Source: a virus (taxonomy: Duplodnaviria; Caudoviricetes). From it: a stretch of DNA of 64,000 nt. This document shows, in pieces, positions 17,294 to 27,247 of this stretch; position 1 is the stretch's first letter; every line of letters begins with the position of its first letter. Under the pieces are notes generated by a model. The model saw nothing but the letters and a program-made list of their open reading frames with translations. It did not search any database and was not told the origin of the DNA. Made by a program: the position numbers and the translations under genes. The stretch covers positions 20,137 to 84,136 of the IMG/VR virus record IMGVR_UViG_3300002220_000003, one strand, 5' to 3'.

Positions 17294-17802
17294 GATGTTT
17301 TTCTCCTATCAAATTCAACATGAACATAATCTGGATTTGGTTTGAAATCGGCCCCAACCCGAAAACCAACAGACCGGGCAATATCCGCTGCCTCCTGATA
17401 GTCCGGGATCTGATCATGATCGATATCTGCTTTTAAATCCCACGTCGGTTTATTATTCTCTTTCAATATTGCATAATCAAACGCCAGACATTTACCCTCC
17501 CATTCGGGATGCAATCTACAGAGAGGATCCTCTTTTCCAAGAGGAAAATGTCTACTATTCAAAGTCCATGTCACCTGAATATTTTGCTCTTGAGTAATAA
17601 TTGACATTTTGGCAAGCCTTCTCAGCTCATTAACAACAATCAATTTTTCCCGGCCCATTGAATATAAAGCAATCTGCTCATCTTTTGTCCGTTTAACGCA
17701 AGTGATCATAAATTGAATATTTGCCTGCGACATACCAATTGAAAATTCGTGATAGAGGATTTGTGCCGGGCCGATAAGATCATTAATATCTCTGCTTGCC
17801 AT
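17290..17802 (-). CDS. Endolysin, peptidase M15 (L-Ala-D-Glu peptidase-like)
   Basis: RTKDEQIALY, SRH, AFD, DYVHVE. Confidence 0.85.
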   Translation of the reverse strand: MASRDINDLIGPAQILYHEFSIGMSQANIQFMITCVKRTKDEQIALYSMGREKLIVVNELRRLAKMSIITQEQNIQVTWTLNSRHFPLGKEDPLCRLHPEWEGKCLAFDYAILKENNKPTWDLKADIDHDQIPDYQEAADIARSVGFRVGADFKPNPDYVHVEFDRRKTS

Positions 17803-18218
17803 TATTTACTCCCTATCACTTTTATTTCTTTTTGAATGGTATACAATTTTTCCCGATTGACATTAATCGCATCCCAAATGTCCTTTTGTTCTATCTTACA
17901 ATCAGAAACGAAAACTTTGGCATTCAAGGATTGAACGATCTTATCAAGAGTGTTTTTAATTGTACATTGAGTATTTGCATATCGATCACGCCAGTCATTA
18001 AGTTCTTTTTCTCTCAAAACTCGATTTTCCTCAAGCAATAATAATCTTTCTTTTTCTTTTTCTTCCCTGTATTTTTCCCGAAGATGTTCTCTCTGCTCTC
18101 TTTTTTTATCAAGCCGATTAAGCCACCATCCCAAAATAACAATACTTATAGGAACAATAATAACCGTTACAAATAAATTCCATGTCATAATCGGTTGATT
18201 CATTTCTACCCCCTCCAT
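17802..18218 (-). CDS. Single-TM coiled-coil protein (holin/antiholin-like position)
   Basis: N-terminal TM then charged coil; immediately upstream of endolysin. Confidence 0.5.
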   Translation of the reverse strand: MEGVEMNQPIMTWNLFVTVIIVPISIVILGWWLNRLDKKREQREHLREKYREEKEKERLLLLEENRVLREKELNDWRDRYANTQCTIKNTLDKIVQSLNAKVFVSDCKIEQKDIWDAINVNREKLYTIQKEIKVIGSK

Positions 18219-18221
18219 TTA

Positions 18222-21200
18222 TTAATATAGATACCCGAACAAATGCACATAATTAGTTGCCCCGCCCGCATGGTTAGCCACGTTCATCTGTATCACCGTT
18301 CCGGCTGCATATGATTTACTCTTTACCGATGTCGCCGCAGGTACGGGCTGCAAAATGATTGCATCGTTCTCGGCATCCAAATTGTCGCATTGAGTAGCCC
18401 CTATCCAGTCCGTTTCCGCTGTGTCCTGCCCGATGGATATATCTGTGCTTGCCGCATCTGCCCCCGCTATGACGATTGCCTTTGTCAATACAAGCCGCTT
18501 CCCTGCCGGTACGGTATAAAGCGTCGTATCCCCGTCCGCCGCAAATGATACGGTAGTTACTGATAGGAGACCTTCCGCATTGTCTGTTTTGATAGGGCGC
18601 AGGAACGAGTAGCCGCTTGCAGGATAAGAAGCGTTTAGACCATTGGTTGTACTGTCTTTCCAGCCGTCCCGCTGTATCCCTTCACCTTCAAGGGCGAGGG
18701 TCGCGCCGATTTCGACAGCGTTCACATCATCAAACTCAAAGGCAATTCCGTTAAAACCAGTCGTTGCTACACCAATATAAATTGGGCCATCAGCTGTTGG
18801 CAGTATTTCGCCACTATATGTTGCTTCTATTCCGGTTGGAGTAAATGCAAACGCATTACCTTCGGCGGGTGAACTTGAAAATGCCTGTCGCCCTGCATAA
18901 ATTGTTGTTGATGCACCCGCATTTAATCTGGCCTTCAAAGATATTCTATATCGTTTCCCTTCTTTGAGGGGATTAGGTGTATTCAAATATATTAAGTCAT
19001 TTCCTCCATCACCAAGAACATAAGCCTTCCCTGGTACGGTAGTATTTACATCAAAGGTGGCGCATCCAGTGTTTACCCAATTCCCAGCTCCACTAAAATC
19101 AGCATCAGTTCCCGTTACGATATTCGTCTGACTCCCCCACTTATCAGCATAGGCGATACCATTCCTATACAGGTCAAGCACTTCTGCTGCGGTGAGGGCA
19201 CGGTTATACACAATACAAGAATGGATTACCTCAGCACACCTGTAACCGCCGGGGAGTGTCGCCAGATATAACGGCTCAGCATTGCTGATGTCTGCCGTAG
19301 CCCCTGCGGTTATAGGAACTGCATCGCCGAGCTGAACACCGTTGACGGTGAATATCACCGACCCAGCCGTTGATGCTGTCTCACGGGTTATTATTACCCC
19401 CACTTGAGCTTCAGCACCATCGGGCAACCCCGTTGCGACAGTAGACATAGCCGATATGGTGCTGGTAATCCTCACAAAAAGCTTGCCATCCGGCAGGACA
19501 ACAAACCTGATGCCCTTGATATCTACTTCGTACTTATCAACAAAATAAGTAGTTGCGCTTGGTGTCCAGTCGGCAAGGCGTACCTTATAAAATACGGCAA
19601 AGTTGTTTGTTGGATTGTCAAGATTAGCGTTGTCGGCAACCGATGGGCCATAATAAGAACCGGCAGCATAGGTCGTAGCTATCGCCTGACTCATTGCCTT
19701 TGGATTGCTCATTATTTCCACTTCTGACAGCAATGCCAGTGGTGATGCCGGAGTATAGGTTACATTTTCAGGTCTGCTATGGAGCCGTGCATATCCGGCT
19801 ACTCCATTATGATCTGCTGTCCATATTTGAGCCATGTCAGCGGGGGAAGATGTAGGAGCGGTGCCGGAGCTTATTGCTAATACTTTAGCAGCAGATGTAC
19901 CTACTGCTGTAGATGTACCAAGAATGAGATTACCACCACCGAGAATAGTGAGCAAATCTGTAGAGTAATTACGAATATGTAAGACCGTCTCTGCTGCTGC
20001 AAGTGCTTGGTGAGTTGTACCACTCTTTTTACTCCCACCAAGAACAACCGCTCCATTTGTATCAGCAGGATTATCAGAACCAAATACTCCATATATCTGC
20101 AATGGATTTGCGTCTGTATCTGTAAGTCCGAATATACTTAATCCACCAGCAGTGGTGTTTGTTGCATATATTTTCCCATAAGCATCCGTAGGAGCTATGT
20201 CTGTCATACCATGGTCTACTCCAGCCGTTCTAAGATAAAATTGGTCTGCGTTTGTTATAGTAAACTTTTTATCAGCTATTGTAGCTTCAGCAGTATCTGC
20301 AACCGTATTAAGAGCTACATGAAAATCTCCCCTATAGTTATTTGCTGTTCTCTCAAAAAATATAGCTCCTTTTCTTGTACCTGCATATCCAAATTCTATT
20401 CCTGTATAATTGTTTAGTGCTGCAAGACTTGAAGTTATTGCCAAAGCACCTACATCATTTGTAGCAGTATATATCTGTATAGGTCGTTCTGGTGCTGTAT
20501 AACCAAATCCTGTATTGCCATTACCAAGAATGGTTAATAATGCAGTTGAGGAATTTAATACCTGAAATGCAGTTTCAGCATCAGCCAATGTTGTAACATC
20601 AGTTCCGCCTGCATCTTTTTTAAGAGCATGAATCGACATGGCTGGCACGGTATCTGTAGGATTGTTGTTGCCAATAATACCCCAAATCTTTACTCCAGTA
20701 GCATCACCATCAGAAAATCCTGTAAAAGACACACCACCTAATGTAGCAGAGGCTTTTTTGAAATAAGCATATGTGTCCGTTTCGGTATTACCTGTTATTC
20801 CATGAGCAACATCACTTGATTTAAATGATATAATTTCATCATCGGCAGCAAGCTGGTTGATCGTGAATCCATAGGTATTCTTTGTGTTGGCAGTATCCTG
20901 CCACATTAAGGAATAGCCAGTTTGGTATAATAAACTATTCTCTAATCCCGTAGCGTCAGAAGTATGTTTTGGAATATAGTTGTCGGTCAGTCCAGTAAGT
21001 TTGACAGTCGTTAGCGTTGGAGATCCCGACCACGATGGATCAGCGCCAGTATTTCCAATCAAGACTTCTCCGGTCGCACCAACAGCAATCGGTGTTATTG
21101 CCGATGTCCCGGATCCAACCAAAACCCCGTGATCAGTAAGGGTTGCCGCGCCGGATCCGCCGAGAGTCACAGATAATGGTGCCTTAAAACTATTTACCGT

Positions 21201-21329
21201 CGTGCCCTGACCAAAGGATCCGCCGGCAAATAATCCGATTATCAATATTGCCGATAAAAATGTTGATGCAAATTTTCCTATTTTCATAAACCCTCCCTCT
21301 TTAGGTTGTCGTCCAAATATTACTACCAT
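18222..21329 (-). CDS. Fibre/receptor-binding-like protein with LamG-like domain; probable start MKIG at 21287
   Basis: T/G/A-rich repeats, LamG-like IVYNRALTAAEV; position after tail tip genes. Confidence 0.7.
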   Translation of the reverse strand: MVVIFGRQPKEGGFMKIGKFASTFLSAILIIGLFAGGSFGQGTTVNSFKAPLSVTLGGSGAATLTDHGVLVGSGTSAITPIAVGATGEVLIGNTGADPSWSGSPTLTTVKLTGLTDNYIPKHTSDATGLENSLLYQTGYSLMWQDTANTKNTYGFTINQLAADDEIISFKSSDVAHGITGNTETDTYAYFKKASATLGGVSFTGFSDGDATGVKIWGIIGNNNPTDTVPAMSIHALKKDAGGTDVTTLADAETAFQVLNSSTALLTILGNGNTGFGYTAPERPIQIYTATNDVGALAITSSLAALNNYTGIEFGYAGTRKGAIFFERTANNYRGDFHVALNTVADTAEATIADKKFTITNADQFYLRTAGVDHGMTDIAPTDAYGKIYATNTTAGGLSIFGLTDTDANPLQIYGVFGSDNPADTNGAVVLGGSKKSGTTHQALAAAETVLHIRNYSTDLLTILGGGNLILGTSTAVGTSAAKVLAISSGTAPTSSPADMAQIWTADHNGVAGYARLHSRPENVTYTPASPLALLSEVEIMSNPKAMSQAIATTYAAGSYYGPSVADNANLDNPTNNFAVFYKVRLADWTPSATTYFVDKYEVDIKGIRFVVLPDGKLFVRITSTISAMSTVATGLPDGAEAQVGVIITRETASTAGSVIFTVNGVQLGDAVPITAGATADISNAEPLYLATLPGGYRCAEVIHSCIVYNRALTAAEVLDLYRNGIAYADKWGSQTNIVTGTDADFSGAGNWVNTGCATFDVNTTVPGKAYVLGDGGNDLIYLNTPNPLKEGKRYRISLKARLNAGASTTIYAGRQAFSSSPAEGNAFAFTPTGIEATYSGEILPTADGPIYIGVATTGFNGIAFEFDDVNAVEIGATLALEGEGIQRDGWKDSTTNGLNASYPASGYSFLRPIKTDNAEGLLSVTTVSFAADGDTTLYTVPAGKRLVLTKAIVIAGADAASTDISIGQDTAETDWIGATQCDNLDAENDAIILQPVPAATSVKSKSYAAGTVIQMNVANHAGGATNYVHLFGYLY

Positions 21330-22044
21330 ATGTTATCCATTTTGTTGCAGATACAAGAACGACATTTAAAATAGCAATCCCTGTATCGGAGCAATACATT
21401 GTTCCGGATGCCGAACTATCTTCGATATAATCTCCGGTATCAACGCTCAAAGTCAGTTTGCCTGATCCCAATTTAACAACTTTAAAATTAACCCCTATAT
21501 TATCAATGGTTACTGCCGGCAGATTCAATACTTGATCAGATCCACTATCTACAATAATCAATTTACCGCTATCTCCGACAGTTAAAGTCCCTCCGGTCGC
21601 CATTGTCGCATGGGGAATAATAAGTCCTGTTGATGATTCTCCATTCGCTACAATCCTTACCTGAGTAGCAGAAATGGCGATTGCTATAAGATATGGTGTT
21701 GATGTCGTCGTCAAGGCCCCGGCTGCGGTCGCATATAATTTATTCCCGGGAGTCCATGTCCATGAAGCATACGTCATTGTACCATCAATCTGACCATATC
21801 CTTCGGCATCAATTTCTGTTGATGTAGATCGCCATAATCCATGACAAGGTGTTGCATTTGTTGATTTATAGGCCTTACCATCGGCGGCGACATAAAAAGG
21901 ATCCCTGATCGCCAATGCCGCACCAGCCGTTAATTTTAAAGTGCGGCCGCCTTCGATCTTTGCCATTACATCATTCCATAGGGCATTCCATTCGACTGTT
22001 CCCGAAGGTATCAATGGAAAATTGTTATTTGTCGTATTGCTCAT
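21301..22044 (-). CDS. Minor tail/fibre-associated protein
   Basis: T/G/A-rich; WTWTPGNKLY...G.LTTT; C-terminal VLNLPA...FKVVK module; tail context. Confidence 0.6.
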   Translation of the reverse strand: MSNTTNNNFPLIPSGTVEWNALWNDVMAKIEGGRTLKLTAGAALAIRDPFYVAADGKAYKSTNATPCHGLWRSTSTEIDAEGYGQIDGTMTYASWTWTPGNKLYATAAGALTTTSTPYLIAIAISATQVRIVANGESSTGLIIPHATMATGGTLTVGDSGKLIIVDSGSDQVLNLPAVTIDNIGVNFKVVKLGSGKLTLSVDTGDYIEDSSASGTMYCSDTGIAILNVVLVSATKWITYGSNIWTTT

Positions 22045-22055
22045 CTCCCTCCTCC

Positions 22056-25000
22056 TTACACCAAATTAACTGTGATAACATAGACATCACTAAATTCTCC
22101 TCCGCTTCTCTGATAGACATTAAATTTATAAGTCGAAAATGGCCCGCCGTCCTCAGTCTGTAATGCTTCCGTATATGAGTAGGTCTTATCTGATTGAAAT
22201 ATCGTTCTCAAAACGGTATCATCATCTTTAGTTATCACGATTTTAAATTCGATGAAATCAACATCATCCGGGGTATCTGCAACATATGTGCTGAATCCCT
22301 GATTTTTTCTATTTCTGGTGTAGAGGGTTAAATCAATGTCGCCGGTATCCACGGTAATCGATCCGGCATTTGTAACAAAAACATCGTTGATCTGTATATT
22401 TGATAAGGCAAGAGGCTTATCACAAAGAGCGAGAATTTCTTTTGTCAATACATCTACATCACTCAAATCTTGCTCTTGTCCCCGGAAATTAAATGAAGCA
22501 ATCTTAAAATACAACTCTCTATGCTTGTCGCTCTCGACCATTTCCGGGAAAAATTGAACCTGATTATATAAGGAAATCAAATCCCCCGTCGCCATCGATC
22601 CTGTCGAATTTAAGAGGGTCAGTCCGGTACAATCAAATATAATCCCGGAGAATCTCCATTTCATCGTATCAACAAGAGTGGCATCTTGAAAACGAAAATA
22701 GACATCTCCATAATCTCCTTGAGCAACAAAAAGATTAAGTTTAGGTGATGTCAATAAAGTATCAAGATCAGAAGCTGAAGAGAAGGTATAATCATAAGTA
22801 AATTGTGCTTCTATATAAGCATTACCATCGTCATCTATTCCAACATCGGTAATCTCTCCGACAACTCCCGAAAAAGAAGCCCGCTTATGAGAGGCAAAAG
22901 ATCCTGTATTAATATATGATTTATACAATGTCGCTCCCGCCCATTGTATTTCGTCAGGTTTGGAAGAATTGATTGCAAGAATACACTCTCCCTGAGTATA
23001 ATGAGGATGAACTTCGATCATTATAGGATTGACTACCCCCGATGCTTCGGCGCATAAATCAGGAGTCTCGGTTGATACAAAAGTATCTTCTCCATAACTC
23101 ACAACATCATGTATTCCATCTCCCTCTTCTTCGGCTTCAACCTCTATTTTATAATCATCTCTTTCGCCGATCGAAAGAATACGAATATCAAAATCAATCA
23201 ATTCAATAAGAGCATTGGTATATGTGATAACCTCTCCGGGTTTTAGACCAAGTGATTTAGGCCCAAGAATAAAAGATAATCCCCGGGGATTAAATAAAGT
23301 TTTTCTCAACATAAGGGTCGCCATCACCTGCGCCCTCTCCTGCGTCATAAGGCCATCAAGTTTTACGGTTTGAGGCTTGAGGCCAAATCGTCTTATGTCA
23401 AGAGAATCATCATCAATAGCCGTTGCGATATTATAATCGTTTGCCCTCTTTGTAAATTCAACAATAATTTTATTAAAAAGGTCTCTTAGCCCCTTCTTTG
23501 TAATATCAATAGGAAGGGTATTGCCATCTTTAACAGTATACTCATCTGTATAAGATGCAATAGGAGTTTCGGCTTTAAGCTGATTGTGAGAAATCATTCC
23601 ATCATAATAAGTGATGTATCCATTATGATGGCCAATAATATACTCGAGAACATCCAATATTGACATTTGCTTTTCAAATGACATTGAAACAAGCATATCA
23701 TTGTCTACGCAATATTCCTGAGTATCAAGAAATGTATCCGTTTTCAAATAAGTGCTTTCATCCCAACCCAACCCATACAAAGAATTTGTTAAAATCCTAC
23801 GAGAGACAAAAGTGGGAGGAACATCCCTTGCAATATATTGCCGGAGTTTAATTTTTTCTCCTTCCTTATGCTCCACTATCCAATATTCATTATTATCCTT
23901 AAAAGCAACCCCAACTTCATAAACCCCAGTTTCTGATACTCTTGATTTATAAGTAGGATCAGAAGTAGATATATTAAGTTCATAAAGTGCATTTTCAAGA
24001 GGATATTCAGGGGGATGATAATAATAACTCGGTAACAATATCTTATTTTGCCTCATATCAAATTTACTCATTAATGGATAGCAATTTGTTCCATCGATTT
24101 TTTCATCGGTCCAAATCACAGATTGATCACTTAATTGAAATTTAATTAAAAAAATACCATTATACCATTCGCCAGCCATCAAATATAAATACCCATTATT
24201 GTCAGCCAAAACCGCACCACTGGAATACATATAATGAGAAGTATTATTGAGGGTATCCGAAACGGACATTGTAGCCTTATCTAATCTTCTAACCGTATTA
24301 TTTCCCGATGCCCAGCCACCGAAAGCAAAATACAAATAATCATCATCTTGAGTAAGTCCTGATCTCCCATAAGCTGTCGCCCCCCAAAGACTTGTTGCAT
24401 CTTTGAAAGTCCCATCAGAAACATAATATCTAAGAATAGACAATCCATATGAATTGGTAGTCAAATATATGTAAGTATCATCAACAACCATTCCTCTATA
24501 TGCACCATCATAATCCATTGTATATGTCGCAACTAAAGAGAAATCAGACAAACTATACTTACAGACTTTTTGACGATAATTAAACCAAAGAAAATTTTTC
24601 CAAATATAAATGGTGGTTACTCCATGTTCTCCTACGGAAACCGATGAATCTTCAGAAGTTTCGATCGTCTCTATATTTTGATATCCAAGAAGAGAAAGAG
24701 AGTCTACCTCATCATCGGAAATCTCTCCTCTCACTTCAAAAGTAAAATTCGGTACATTGCTTGATCCACCTAAATCAAAATTTGGAAAAACAACATAGCA
24801 TAGATTTTTCCAAACAGGGAATCTTGTCTTCCCTTCGGCAGTCATTGCAGATACTAAATTGCTATCAGAAGTTATTTGTGTTCCATCATAAACCGTATAT
24901 GCGGATTTATCAATGAGGGTATTACCGGCCCATATCCTAAGAACATCTGCCGGTCCCATGCAAAGACCAATGGCAAGAGTTACGGAATAGGTATAATGAG

Positions 25001-25385
25001 TTGTATAAGTTGTCGATCCTCCTCCACCACCACCCTTACCTCCTGCTTCCGTTTCTGTAACATGAGGGATCGTTTGAAAATTCCCGTAATATAATAAATT
25101 ACCACCAATCTTTTTTGTCCCGAATACAACGGCTATTGGAAGACCATAAGAAGATGATGTTATCTGGATCCCCGATGGAGAAGGCTTTTGTGCATCCGGG
25201 ACATCTGCGGTTGTCGGAAATAAAGCACTTCCTAACATAGCCCCGGCCATGAATCCGATCTTTGCACCTAATAAAGGATTGCCGGTAAGAAATCCTATTC
25301 CAATACCTATTATCGCCCCGCCGGCAATCGATCCTATTTGTCCTGTATTAGCCATTAAATCTCCAAATTGATGATAAGAGATCAT
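22056..25385 (-). CDS. Tail tip/host-specificity protein (GTA-like, Phage-tail_3) with inserted beta-propeller-like region
   Basis: SSYGLPIAVVFGTKKIGGNLLY, PNFTFEV, LKPGEVI; follows DUF2163 and NlpC genes. Confidence 0.8.
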   Translation of the reverse strand: MISYHQFGDLMANTGQIGSIAGGAIIGIGIGFLTGNPLLGAKIGFMAGAMLGSALFPTTADVPDAQKPSPSGIQITSSSYGLPIAVVFGTKKIGGNLLYYGNFQTIPHVTETEAGGKGGGGGGSTTYTTHYTYSVTLAIGLCMGPADVLRIWAGNTLIDKSAYTVYDGTQITSDSNLVSAMTAEGKTRFPVWKNLCYVVFPNFDLGGSSNVPNFTFEVRGEISDDEVDSLSLLGYQNIETIETSEDSSVSVGEHGVTTIYIWKNFLWFNYRQKVCKYSLSDFSLVATYTMDYDGAYRGMVVDDTYIYLTTNSYGLSILRYYVSDGTFKDATSLWGATAYGRSGLTQDDDYLYFAFGGWASGNNTVRRLDKATMSVSDTLNNTSHYMYSSGAVLADNNGYLYLMAGEWYNGIFLIKFQLSDQSVIWTDEKIDGTNCYPLMSKFDMRQNKILLPSYYYHPPEYPLENALYELNISTSDPTYKSRVSETGVYEVGVAFKDNNEYWIVEHKEGEKIKLRQYIARDVPPTFVSRRILTNSLYGLGWDESTYLKTDTFLDTQEYCVDNDMLVSMSFEKQMSILDVLEYIIGHHNGYITYYDGMISHNQLKAETPIASYTDEYTVKDGNTLPIDITKKGLRDLFNKIIVEFTKRANDYNIATAIDDDSLDIRRFGLKPQTVKLDGLMTQERAQVMATLMLRKTLFNPRGLSFILGPKSLGLKPGEVITYTNALIELIDFDIRILSIGERDDYKIEVEAEEEGDGIHDVVSYGEDTFVSTETPDLCAEASGVVNPIMIEVHPHYTQGECILAINSSKPDEIQWAGATLYKSYINTGSFASHKRASFSGVVGEITDVGIDDDGNAYIEAQFTYDYTFSSASDLDTLLTSPKLNLFVAQGDYGDVYFRFQDATLVDTMKWRFSGIIFDCTGLTLLNSTGSMATGDLISLYNQVQFFPEMVESDKHRELYFKIASFNFRGQEQDLSDVDVLTKEILALCDKPLALSNIQINDVFVTNAGSITVDTGDIDLTLYTRNRKNQGFSTYVADTPDDVDFIEFKIVITKDDDTVLRTIFQSDKTYSYTEALQTEDGGPFSTYKFNVYQRSGGEFSDVYVITVNLV

Positions 25386-25932
25386 TATATTTTTGTTTGT
25401 GCATATTTGCCACTTGCGATAATTTTACTTTTTCTACGCCATTCTTAATGTGTGAATGAATCATTTGTCCATTTCCAACATATATCCCTGCATGAGAAGA
25501 GGTCTTGCCGTAATGAAATAACAAAATATCTCCGGACTGCATTTGCATAACATCCACCCGAAAACAAAATTTCTTTATCTCCTGCTCCAATATAGAGGCA
25601 TCATTATGAAGGGCCCAGTCCCTTGTATATCTCGGAGGCCTATATGATTGAGGAATCTTATTTATCTTTTTTCCGAGCAAAACCACCCATTGAATACAAT
25701 CGGTAGAATCTCCTCTTAATGCCTGACCATGCCGCCACTTAGCACCAATCCACAATTCGGCCTCTTGCACAATAATATTATCCATATAAAGTCTCCGGTT
25801 TTGGGATTGTTTCAAATCCAAAAAAATTAGCATAATTGGAAATTTGAGCTCCCCACCATTCAATACATAAAACAGGACAAACATTATCTCCTGCTGTAAT
25901 CGTATGATACCATCTTGAAGCACTACAATCAT
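25348..25932 (-). CDS. Tail-associated NlpC/P60 hydrolase; probable start MDNII near 25787
   Basis: WIGAKWRHGQ, DCIQW, GDILLF, SHAGIY, IHS. Confidence 0.85.
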   Translation of the reverse strand: MIVVLQDGIIRLQQEIMFVLFYVLNGGELKFPIMLIFLDLKQSQNRRLYMDNIIVQEAELWIGAKWRHGQALRGDSTDCIQWVVLLGKKINKIPQSYRPPRYTRDWALHNDASILEQEIKKFCFRVDVMQMQSGDILLFHYGKTSSHAGIYVGNGQMIHSHIKNGVEKVKLSQVANMHKQKYNDLLSSIWRFNG

Positions 25933-27187
25933 CCCCCATCTTAATAACTATAATAATAGAATTTCCACTCACCCATCCCGGACGATTAATTACAGACTCG
26001 AATACGTCCTTGAAATCTATTGAATAATATTCTTCGTCCTCTTTCCATATTTCTACGTTATTCCATTCTTGTGATAATTCGGTAAGAGATAAAGCAAAAA
26101 ATTCTTCAAAACTCGTAGGGGCGGCCGGGTCATCTGCATCAACACAATAAATAACAGCATTACAAGGAGGAGTCTCCCCGGCAATGGGAGACTCTGCCTT
26201 AAATTTAATTTTAATAGAAGTAAATTTTATCATTTCTTCTGAAATAGTTACATGAGGAAATCTTATAAAAGCATGTCTGAATCCAAGAAAATAACCAAAT
26301 GCCGATTTAACATTATTTGTATAAAAAACAGCATGGACATACCCTTCATCGGTTCCTACCGCCGGTTTAAATTCATCAATAGTATTCCCTTGCCATTTTA
26401 TAGCACAAGTCTCTCCACTTTTATCACAGCCGGGCCATATTCTAAAGGTATCTGTCGTGGCAACGGTTGCGGGAAGGGGAATATTTAATGTAACATATCC
26501 ATCAAAATGCTGTTTGATCGTCCGGCTAATATTTATATTGGCCCCGGAGGTTATCTTTATTTCTCCCTTTGTCCAATATCCTTCCGGATGATTAACAAAC
26601 TTTAAAAGGACATCATCATAAATAACCTTGTTTGTCGATCCATCTGTGCAGATCCCCGTGAAGGCATAATCGCCGGTTGCCAGAGTGCAATATTCGTCAA
26701 AAAGATTGTGATTGCAAAACTCAGAATAAATAAATTTTGGAAATTTATCCTGTAATTTATCAAGAATTGAACCAAAAGAACAAGTGATCGATCCCTGATT
26801 ATAAATTATATCGCCTGTTAGATATCCCTCAAACCGGGTTGATAATAAAACACTATTTTCCCAGTCATACAAATAAATACATAAATGGGCATTTTTAAGA
26901 TAATCTCTTTCTATGATTTGAGGAATTGTTAAAGTATCATCTCCGATTGTTATCCCAACAATACCAAAAGTAACATCTACTTTATCTACCTGCAAATCGG
27001 AATGATATGAAATATTGGATCTTTTGATAGGAATCGATTGATAGGTCGCGCCGTTGTAAGAAATGTTTTTATCATGAGGAGTAAAATAGGCCGACGCAAC
27101 ATAATTGCCATCAAGCACTATCTTATATAATTCGGCGGCCGCAATCTTTGTATCTGTCAATCCCATGCTTCTTCCCCCTAAATTCAC
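25778..27187 (-). CDS. DUF2163/BR0599-type tail-tip protein with inserted domain
   Basis: CNHNLFDEYC, PGCDKSGETC, NYANFFGFETIP. Confidence 0.82.
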   Translation of the reverse strand: MNLGGRSMGLTDTKIAAAELYKIVLDGNYVASAYFTPHDKNISYNGATYQSIPIKRSNISYHSDLQVDKVDVTFGIVGITIGDDTLTIPQIIERDYLKNAHLCIYLYDWENSVLLSTRFEGYLTGDIIYNQGSITCSFGSILDKLQDKFPKFIYSEFCNHNLFDEYCTLATGDYAFTGICTDGSTNKVIYDDVLLKFVNHPEGYWTKGEIKITSGANINISRTIKQHFDGYVTLNIPLPATVATTDTFRIWPGCDKSGETCAIKWQGNTIDEFKPAVGTDEGYVHAVFYTNNVKSAFGYFLGFRHAFIRFPHVTISEEMIKFTSIKIKFKAESPIAGETPPCNAVIYCVDADDPAAPTSFEEFFALSLTELSQEWNNVEIWKEDEEYYSIDFKDVFESVINRPGWVSGNSIIIVIKMGDDCSASRWYHTITAGDNVCPVLCIEWWGAQISNYANFFGFETIPKPETLYG

Positions 27188-27247
27188 CCTCTGATATCAT
27201 GGGAATTGCCATTACAAATGATTTTCCCTTATCAAAAGGGTATTTGC

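Noticed and set aside
18222-21329. Diversity-generating retroelement target
   Set aside because: No reverse transcriptase and no near-identical TR/VR pair differing at adenines in the window
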